Shown: one piece after another, positions 9,432-16,492 of the stretch
How the letters are laid out: each line of letters opens with the position of its first letter
How positions within the stretch are numbered: the stretch's first letter is position 1
Assembly: GCA_046570105.1 (NCBI GenBank)
Contig: JBKHVI010000026.1
Coordinates: forward strand, 1 to 36,193
Origin: Bacteriovoracia bacterium
GTDB taxonomy: Bacteria; Bdellovibrionota; Bacteriovoracia; Bacteriovoracales; Bacteriovoracaceae
DNA length: 36,193 nucleotides
Reading direction: 5' to 3'
Notes under the pieces: model-generated
What the model saw: only the letters and a program-made list of their open reading frames with translations
Told to the model about the DNA's origin: nothing
Databases searched by the model: none
Program-made: the position numbers and the translations under genes

Positions 9432-10589
9432 ATGGAATATTTCTGGGAAAAATCTAGTTGGGAAGCAACAGATCCGCACCTTAAAAAGATGCGAGACATG
9501 CCTTTTAAGCGCGAATTCCCGTTTATTCCCGAGAAAGAGGGCCTCTACATCATTCGCGGTCCTCGCCAGGTGGGTAAAAGCTCCTGGCTCAAAACTGTGC
9601 TTCAGCATTATGCCTCTCGTGAGAAATGCTTTTACTTGAGTTGCGAAAATATCCAGGATCATCGAGAACTCGCAGAAATCTTGGCGAGTGTTCGTCACTG
9701 TAAGATTGTTCTTTTAGATGAAGTGAGCTTCGTTAAAGATTGGGATCGCGCCGTGAAGCATGAAGTTGATTCGGGCCATACTCATATCCTCATGCTCACC
9801 GGTTCACATGCTCATGACTTAAAAAAAGGCTCAGACCAAATGCCTGGCCGCTTTGGTGCAGGCGGAGAATTCCATCTTCTCCCCATGACATTTGATGAGT
9901 TTTTTGAAGCAAGACTGCAAGCAGGCTGGGCCAGTGATGACCGAGTTCAAGAACTAGAAGCGTATTTTAGAGTAGGAGGATTTCCTACCGCCGTTGCTGA
10001 GGCAGGAATTGATGCTCAATTCCCCCACATGGCAATGGAAACATATTGGAAGTGGCTCAAAGGCGATATTATTAAGCTCGGCAAACAAGAAGTATTTCTC
10101 ACTGAAATCCTCATTCAACTGGCCACGACACTGACCACTCCCATCAGCTTCCAGACTCTTGCGAAAAAAACGACGATTGGCTCGCATAACACTATTCAAG
10201 AATACATCTCAGTTCTTGAATCATGTTTTGCTGTCAAAATTCTTTATGCCATCGATATCGACTCAGGCTCCTATCGTTTTAAAAAAGATCGCAAACTCTA
10301 TTTTACCGATCCTCTTATTTTTTGGATTGCCCATAAATTAAGCGGAAAAAAAGTAAACAATGATTATCTTCCAAAAATTGCCGAAATGGTCGCTCATGAA
10401 GAATTAAGTCGTGCCAACCAACGCTTTGGCTACTTCAGTAATACTCATGGTGAAGTAGACTTTTTGCTGCCAAATGAATGGGCGGTTGAAGCTAAATGGA
10501 GTGACTCAGCTCAAAATCTATCAAAATCTTATCTCAACTTGAAAATGCTTAATAAGAAAGTTTGGACGAAGAGAAATTTTTTGCTGTAG
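9432..10589 (+). CDS. AAA_14 ATPase with DUF4143 and C-terminal PD-(D/E)xK-like nuclease motif (second, divergent subtype)
   Basis: Walker A GPRQVGKS, Walker B VLLDE, LTGS, PGR, GGFP, RKLYFTDP, EVDF...VEAKW. Confidence 0.87.
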   Translation: MEYFWEKSSWEATDPHLKKMRDMPFKREFPFIPEKEGLYIIRGPRQVGKSSWLKTVLQHYASREKCFYLSCENIQDHRELAEILASVRHCKIVLLDEVSFVKDWDRAVKHEVDSGHTHILMLTGSHAHDLKKGSDQMPGRFGAGGEFHLLPMTFDEFFEARLQAGWASDDRVQELEAYFRVGGFPTAVAEAGIDAQFPHMAMETYWKWLKGDIIKLGKQEVFLTEILIQLATTLTTPISFQTLAKKTTIGSHNTIQEYISVLESCFAVKILYAIDIDSGSYRFKKDRKLYFTDPLIFWIAHKLSGKKVNNDYLPKIAEMVAHEELSRANQRFGYFSNTHGEVDFLLPNEWAVEAKWSDSAQNLSKSYLNLKMLNKKVWTKRNFLL

Positions 10590-10600
10590 CTAATATCATG

Positions 10601-10664
10601 TGACCATATTTCGATGAATCCTAAAAAAGTCATGACTATTTCGCGATTCATCATAAAAAAGTCA
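10601..10664. repeat. Imperfect palindrome between convergent genes, centred on AGTCATGACT
   Basis: 10613-10652 pairs at 16 of 20 positions (GATGAATC.../...GATTCATC). Outer TGAC (10601) and GTCA (10661) also pair on the same axis. Confidence 0.7.
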
Positions 10665-10690
10665 GACTGCAATCATTTAACTTCAAATAC

Positions 10691-13600
10691 TTAGGTGTGC
10701 GAGTGGGCATGAGACGGCCCCAAAGTAGCTGACACCTTTTGGGTGAAAAGTGAGTCATAAACGGCCAGAAGCTTCTGCTCCACAATCTCACTAGAGAACT
10801 CAACGCGTACCATTTGGTAGGAAGCCTCGCCAAAGCGCTCTCGTAAATCTCGATCTAAAAGTAATTTTTCAAGTGCCTCAGCTAATTTTTGAGCATCAAG
10901 TGGTGGTACTAGAAACCCATTACCTTTTATCACTTCGCGGCAACCTGGAACATCAGTCGTCACCAGAGGTCTGCCGGTCGCTGCGGCTTCTAGCATCGTG
11001 AGTGGAAGACCTTCGCCGTAATTACTTGGGAGACAGACAATATCGGCTTCTTGATAAAACTTGGGCATGTCACTCTGACGACCCATCCACTGTAAAAGTC
11101 CTTTGCTTTCCCATTCCTTGATCACTTTTGGATTTGCACTCTCCGGATTAAGACTATCCGGCTCACCGACGACGACGAGATTAAAAGGAATATTTCGCGC
11201 ACGAAGAATTTCTGCGGCCTTAACGAGCTCTCTAATTCCCTTGCTCCATAACAATCTACCGACATAGAGAATGGTAGGGATTTCGGTTTGAGGCAAAGGC
11301 TTCTTGCTAAATTTCTGCATATCAACGCCTGAGCCGCGAATCAAAACAGTTTTTTCAGCATCTACTAATTTGTGATCGAGAAAGTATTTTCGATTATCAG
11401 GATTCTGAAAAATGACTCTGATGCCAGGCAAGGCCAAGGCATTTCGATACATCATTACGGCAGCAAAATGAACAAGCTCTCCCTTAAATCCTTTCCTCGA
11501 AAAAGCGTAACCTAAACCATTTACAAGATTCACAATGCGCTTGAGACCTACAATTGTTCCAGCGGTTGAGCCGTAGATAACAGGTTTAATGGAAACATTG
11601 TGCAAAATATCCGGACGAAGCTTCGCGAGAAGAAAAATCAATTTTATAAATGAACCAAAATCAGCAATCGGATTAAGTCCCCCTCGATTCAAATCAAGTC
11701 GATGGTGGATAAATCCATAACTCATCAACTTTTCCACATGGCCAGTGTCGCTTGATAAAACATGAACCTCATATCCACCCTTAAGTGCAGCTTTTGCCAT
11801 CACTAAGCGCTGAACAATAAAAGTTATATCGTCTGGCACCAGGAAGACGAGACGCTTCTTACTGCGATTCATTTCTGGCGGATCAACCCACATTAATAAT
11901 CGGCCTGGCCATGTCAGTCGCGAGCTAGCCCATAGTGCGGAGAAGCCTGCTAATTTAATTAATAACAGAAATGGAAAGCGATAACGATTGATCGCACCGA
12001 TGTTGGGTACGGAGTATCCCAGAGCTATCAAGAAAGGGAGAGCGATAAACAGGCAAATGAGAACTTCAGCTCTCAAAATATTTCGACCGGACAGAATTAA
12101 AAAGAGAAGTAAGAAGTAGAACAAACCCATTTCTAATTGCAGAGCAAAGAAGACGATACCCCTGGCTAAGCCATCATCCCATTTCGAATGCCAAGGACCC
12201 GGCTCAACAAACGCCAGTTGCATGGCCCTGGGAAAGAATGACAAAGCCTCCCAGGAACTATTGATTCTATGCTCCGGCATGAAATTGGTATCGCCATGAG
12301 ATCTCTGAAATAAAAATCTCTCACGCGTATAGATCATGCGCTGAAACGGAACATCTAAAATTCGTGGTCCACCAAACCCTTCCCAAGTGGCCGCAGCTGC
12401 TTGATGCCTTGGCAATTCTGCCACTTGGTCTGTCGGCAACTTTGTTTGATTGGCGTTTTCAACACCTACACCGTAATTTTTCCCAAAATGAGAAACGGCC
12501 AACAATGAAATGAGTACTGTTAGGAAAAGCGAAGCTGTTCCCATGCGAGCCAATGTAGTTTTTTGTCTTAAAATCCCAAAGGGCATTCCCAGCAGAACTC
12601 CAGCGGCCATGATCTGAGCAAAATAAGACTTATCACCTAGAAACAGCCAAAGACCAAGGGCCACTGCCAGAATATGTCTAAAGCGAGGACGTCTGACTGA
12701 AGAAGCGAGCATTACCCATACGAGCATCAAGATACCAGGAATAATAAAGGCATCTTTGTGGGGATAAATCATCCAAGAAAATGAAGTCGGCGTGACAGTG
12801 AAAATCACGGCAATCATCAAAGGCCACCAGCGCCCTCTGACACCCAAGATATCAAGTATCGCTGCTTGCAGACGAATCGTGAGACCCGCAAGAGCTGCTA
12901 ACACCGGCAGAAACATAAACGGACGCTCGATGCCTGTTACACGATAGATGAAAGACATGATCCGACTAGCTACATGAGTCGAGGCACTCCACCAATCGCG
13001 CCAACTTAAATCCGCCAACTCCATCGCCCAACGATGATAGCTATGAGGGTCATCTAAGAACAAAGTCATTCCATCGCGGAATTTCTCCGGGAAGAATTCT
13101 GGCAATATTAAATGGAAAATTAATCCAGCAATAAGAACAAAATAAAATCCTACCCAAAATGGAGAGAAGACCCAGCGGGCGGCTTCTTCAATTGGCTTTC
13201 TACCCTCCTCAGCGATCCGTACATATTTCTCAGCGAGTGAATCATAAGTATGATGAGCTTCAAGATACTTTCTTCCAAGTGCTCCCATTTGTGCTAACTG
13301 AGACTGAGATTTTGCCTTTAGCTCTAAAATGGCATTCGCGATATCTTCTGGCTTACAACTCGGAACTGACAGGCCCGCTTGAGCATGGCCAACAATGTCA
13401 TCTTCAGTATCAATCGCCATCACAATGGGCTTTGAAGCTGCGAGATAATCAAACAATTTATTAGGTGAGATTCCATGCTTAAAAAGAGGGCTCTTCATAA
13501 GTCCGATATAACAAACATGAGCATGACTCAATATCGCCGGGATATGTTTTTTAGCAACAGAATCGAGCACTGAAACATTTCCAAGACCTGCTGCTTTCTC

Positions 13601-14419
13601 TTCCAGCTTCCTTTTGTGAGGGCCGTCACCTACTAATACAAAATGTAAACCAACCACATCTTTTAAAAGCTTGGCCGCATCTAGCAGTTGATCAAGGTTA
13701 TTCGCTATCCCTAAACTTCCGGTATAGATAACTGTGAAATTCTTTGATGCAATTTCTGCAACCTGTCGTGAAACATTATTCTCAATAACCTCTAATGACT
13801 CTAACGCCACTCCATTAGGGATATAAGAAAACTTAGCAGCTAGCATTCCACGAGACTCAAAGTGACGATTCGCAAGTGCCAATACCGAAACCACTCGATC
13901 ACTGGCCAAATAAGCAAGTCGCTCAAAGAATTTCAAAAGAACAATAACTGGATGAAACCGACTCACGCCTCCGAGCTTTTCAATTGTAAGTGGCCAAATA
14001 TCTCGCACTTCGTAGACTAACGTTTTGCCAAACCAGCGCGACCAAAGCCATCCATTTATAATTGGCACATGGGGAGGACCAGAAACGATTATAGTATCTG
14101 GCTTTGATAGTCGCCAAAAAGGGAAAAAGAGCAGCAAAAATGGAAACAAGAATATTGAAAACAATCTTCCAAGACTTCTAGATTGTGTATAACGGGGCAT
14201 CCTAACCCACCAATACTCAATTCCATCGATCATTTCACGAGTAAATAGACTTTTGGTTTCTGGATGTTTTGTGAAGTTATGAAAATATGACGATGAGATG
14301 ATGATCGCGCGATGCCCTTGATTCACCCATTCCTTAGCAATATAATAATTGCGATAAACCATCCCATGATAGGGAGATCCCGCCGTTTGATTAATAATCC
14401 AGAAGGTTTTTGAACTCAT
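10691..14419 (-). CDS. Three-domain fusion: GT4 (WbuB-like) + ~10-TM Wzy/GT-C-like membrane domain + GT4 (CapM-like)
   Basis: Uninterrupted 1242-aa ORF. aa ~1-405 has YEVRDIWP, YTGSLG.AN and SPNKLFDY. aa ~415-830 is hydrophobic, with DDPHSY, PHKD and NIGAINRYR. aa ~854-1230 has IKPVIYG, FQNPD, GSGVD, GRLLWSKG, EGLP..MLEA and TTDVPGCRE. Confidence 0.85.
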   Translation of the reverse strand: MSSKTFWIINQTAGSPYHGMVYRNYYIAKEWVNQGHRAIIISSSYFHNFTKHPETKSLFTREMIDGIEYWWVRMPRYTQSRSLGRLFSIFLFPFLLLFFPFWRLSKPDTIIVSGPPHVPIINGWLWSRWFGKTLVYEVRDIWPLTIEKLGGVSRFHPVIVLLKFFERLAYLASDRVVSVLALANRHFESRGMLAAKFSYIPNGVALESLEVIENNVSRQVAEIASKNFTVIYTGSLGIANNLDQLLDAAKLLKDVVGLHFVLVGDGPHKRKLEEKAAGLGNVSVLDSVAKKHIPAILSHAHVCYIGLMKSPLFKHGISPNKLFDYLAASKPIVMAIDTEDDIVGHAQAGLSVPSCKPEDIANAILELKAKSQSQLAQMGALGRKYLEAHHTYDSLAEKYVRIAEEGRKPIEEAARWVFSPFWVGFYFVLIAGLIFHLILPEFFPEKFRDGMTLFLDDPHSYHRWAMELADLSWRDWWSASTHVASRIMSFIYRVTGIERPFMFLPVLAALAGLTIRLQAAILDILGVRGRWWPLMIAVIFTVTPTSFSWMIYPHKDAFIIPGILMLVWVMLASSVRRPRFRHILAVALGLWLFLGDKSYFAQIMAAGVLLGMPFGILRQKTTLARMGTASLFLTVLISLLAVSHFGKNYGVGVENANQTKLPTDQVAELPRHQAAAATWEGFGGPRILDVPFQRMIYTRERFLFQRSHGDTNFMPEHRINSSWEALSFFPRAMQLAFVEPGPWHSKWDDGLARGIVFFALQLEMGLFYFLLLFLILSGRNILRAEVLICLFIALPFLIALGYSVPNIGAINRYRFPFLLLIKLAGFSALWASSRLTWPGRLLMWVDPPEMNRSKKRLVFLVPDDITFIVQRLVMAKAALKGGYEVHVLSSDTGHVEKLMSYGFIHHRLDLNRGGLNPIADFGSFIKLIFLLAKLRPDILHNVSIKPVIYGSTAGTIVGLKRIVNLVNGLGYAFSRKGFKGELVHFAAVMMYRNALALPGIRVIFQNPDNRKYFLDHKLVDAEKTVLIRGSGVDMQKFSKKPLPQTEIPTILYVGRLLWSKGIRELVKAAEILRARNIPFNLVVVGEPDSLNPESANPKVIKEWESKGLLQWMGRQSDMPKFYQEADIVCLPSNYGEGLPLTMLEAAATGRPLVTTDVPGCREVIKGNGFLVPPLDAQKLAEALEKLLLDRDLRERFGEASYQMVRVEFSSEIVEQKLLAVYDSLFTQKVSATLGPSHAHSHT
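10717..10743. repeat. Direct repeat copy 2 (GCCCCAAAGTAGCTG-aCACCTTTTGGG), inside the 3' end of the fusion gene
   Basis: Matches 8089-8114. It forms a CCCAAA...TTTGGG mini-hairpin and encodes TQKVSATLG of the fusion tail. Confidence 0.8.
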
Positions 14420-14426
14420 GAAGGGC

Positions 14427-15488
14427 TTAGACTAACATGGCCTCAACGATCTTTTCACCCGCTTTCCCGTTACCATAGAGAGCTTCTGGAAATTTAACTC
14501 CCGAATGCTTGAAGGCCTTTACCGCAGAGACGATAGCATCCGTCTCTGTACCCACAACCATATTTACTCCCGTCTCAACTAACTCGACCCACTCAGTCTC
14601 GTTTCTAAAAGTAACGCATGGCTTCTGGCTTAAGTAGGCCTCTTTCTGAAGGCCTCCGCTGTCAGTCAGTACAATTGAGCACCCCTTGAGAAGCTGCAGC
14701 ATGTCGTAGTAGCCCACAGGATCGATAATATTAATCTTGGGATTTAATCCGAGGTCTTTTAACTTTCCCTTCGTTCTTGGATGAAGTGGCAAATACACAG
14801 GTGTTTCAATGTTCACGATCTCAAGAGCACTGATGATCTTTTTTAAGCGGACAGGATCATCGGTATTTTCCGCCCGATGAAGAGTTGCAAGAGTGTAAGG
14901 TTGAGCCGGTGGGGTTTTAAAAAGCTTTGCCTCTACACACGCGATCTTTTGGTAGTAATAGAGGGCATCCGCCATGACGTCACCCGTGCGAATTACTCCC
15001 TTAGTCACTCCTTCATTCTGCAAATTTTTTACTGCAGCATCGCTCGGGCAAAAGAGCAAAGTCGAGACCCGATCAGTAAGAATGCGATTAATTTCTTCTG
15101 GCATTTTCATATTAAACGACCGTAGGCCCGCCTCAACGTGAGCGACAGGAATATGGAGCTTCGCTGCTGCCAGGGCCCCGGCCAAAGTTGAATTAGTATC
15201 ACCATAGACCAAAACCCAATTCGGTTTTTCCTTTAGGAGTACTTCCTCAATTTTCTCTAGCATGCGGCCTGTCATAGCACCATGGCTCAAGCCCGCAACT
15301 CCTAAATTATAATCTGGTTTAGGAATTCGCATTTCGTCAAAGAATACATCACTCATCGAGGCATCATGATGCTGACCTGTATGAATCAGAACCTCTTGAA
15401 TATTGCTTTTTGCTTTAAATGCACGTGAAACGACGGCGGCTTTAATGAACTGTGGTCTTGCGCCGATAATAGTTACAATCTTCTTCAT
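14427..15488 (-). CDS. wecB: Non-hydrolysing UDP-N-acetylhexosamine 2-epimerase (WecB/WbpI family)
   Basis: GARPQFIK, HTGQH, YGDTNST, HVEAGLRS, PEEINR, TLHRAEN, TDSGGLQKEA. Confidence 0.9.
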   Translation of the reverse strand: MKKIVTIIGARPQFIKAAVVSRAFKAKSNIQEVLIHTGQHHDASMSDVFFDEMRIPKPDYNLGVAGLSHGAMTGRMLEKIEEVLLKEKPNWVLVYGDTNSTLAGALAAAKLHIPVAHVEAGLRSFNMKMPEEINRILTDRVSTLLFCPSDAAVKNLQNEGVTKGVIRTGDVMADALYYYQKIACVEAKLFKTPPAQPYTLATLHRAENTDDPVRLKKIISALEIVNIETPVYLPLHPRTKGKLKDLGLNPKINIIDPVGYYDMLQLLKGCSIVLTDSGGLQKEAYLSQKPCVTFRNETEWVELVETGVNMVVGTETDAIVSAVKAFKHSGVKFPEALYGNGKAGEKIVEAMLV

Positions 15489-15525
15489 AGTGTTCAGCTT
15501 AATCTGCGCCCCACTTCTTTAGCAA
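15489..15525 (-). promoter_or_regulatory. Candidate internal promoter TTGCTA-N18-TAAGCT-N7-ATG for wecB and the fusion gene
   Basis: -35 at 15520-15525 and -10 at 15496-15501 on the minus strand, with no Shine-Dalgarno. Confidence 0.35.
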
Positions 15526-16490
15526 CTTTTTGAGACATCCGAATAGACTGATAGAATTTTATTTGTTGCTGTGACGGATGATAAACTAATGAGATTGGCA
15601 TGCCCCCTAGGTCTGTCTTTTAAAATTTTCCTCGCGCTTGCTAAAAAAGAATCTTCGTCACCTAAAGCGACACAGGTAGAACATTTATCCAATTTCAAAA
15701 CTTGCAAAACATCACCTACTTCATGAGCAACAACTGGTACGCCAAGCGCTAAAGCCTCTTTTACCACGTTAGGAGAACCCTCCCGCTCGCTTGTCATAAA
15801 CACGACATCTGAGGCTCCCATCATTTTGCAAGCTAATTCTGGAGAAGTTTCGCCTCTTAAAACGATAAAATTTAGATTATGAAATTGTTTCTTTAACTCA
15901 GAAAAATAATATTCAGCTAAATCTAAACGCTTATTTAAAGGCTCTTTACCAGCATTAAAATAAATATAAAGTGCATTTTTTTTCCATCCTAACTCTTCAC
16001 GAATTCCGTCTACAGATGCTTTTTGATACAAATTTAAGTCAACGCCACTTGGAATAACAACAGCCTTAGATGATTGAAATATTTTTTTTGCCTGATGATC
16101 AGAAACGAGAATGATTTTTTTAGCGATTACAGTAGAGAATTGGGATAAAAAAACTGAAATATTCCTCCGAAAGAAATTGCCGCCTCTGGGACTCGGATCG
16201 ATATCACTCCCACGTAAATTCATCACCAAGGGTACAGATGGTATCATGGCCCCTAAAAATGAAGTCACTGTTCCGTATTGGGCATGAATTAAGTTTGGTC
16301 GAAACTTAAAGCACAGAATTAGCAAGTTTATATAATCTTGCATTAAACTAAATGGATTTAAGCGAGATTTAATGAAATAGATTTCTGCTTCAACATATTG
16401 TGACAAATCGTTTACTTGGCGTTTAGCAAACACCATGCTTACGGGGTCAATTTCAGAACCTGGAATTAGGTAAACAATGCGATCTTTCAT
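15519..16490 (-). CDS. Glycosyltransferase family 4
   Basis: IHAQYG, RGSD, IPSGVD, KR, and S.REGSPNVVKEALA (EX7E motif). Confidence 0.88.
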   Translation of the reverse strand: MKDRIVYLIPGSEIDPVSMVFAKRQVNDLSQYVEAEIYFIKSRLNPFSLMQDYINLLILCFKFRPNLIHAQYGTVTSFLGAMIPSVPLVMNLRGSDIDPSPRGGNFFRRNISVFLSQFSTVIAKKIILVSDHQAKKIFQSSKAVVIPSGVDLNLYQKASVDGIREELGWKKNALYIYFNAGKEPLNKRLDLAEYYFSELKKQFHNLNFIVLRGETSPELACKMMGASDVVFMTSEREGSPNVVKEALALGVPVVAHEVGDVLQVLKLDKCSTCVALGDEDSFLASARKILKDRPRGHANLISLSSVTATNKILSVYSDVSKSC

Positions 16491-16492
16491 TC

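Noticed and set aside
10675..10702. dif/Xer-like site (minus strand TGAAGTTAAAT matches the XerD arm at 9 of 11 positions)
   Set aside because: There is no convincing XerC arm at 6-bp spacing, and the AT-rich context makes a chance match likely.
8089..10743. Autonomous IS or prophage
   Set aside because: There is no transposase, integrase or terminal inverted repeat. It is reported only as a repeat-bracketed cassette.
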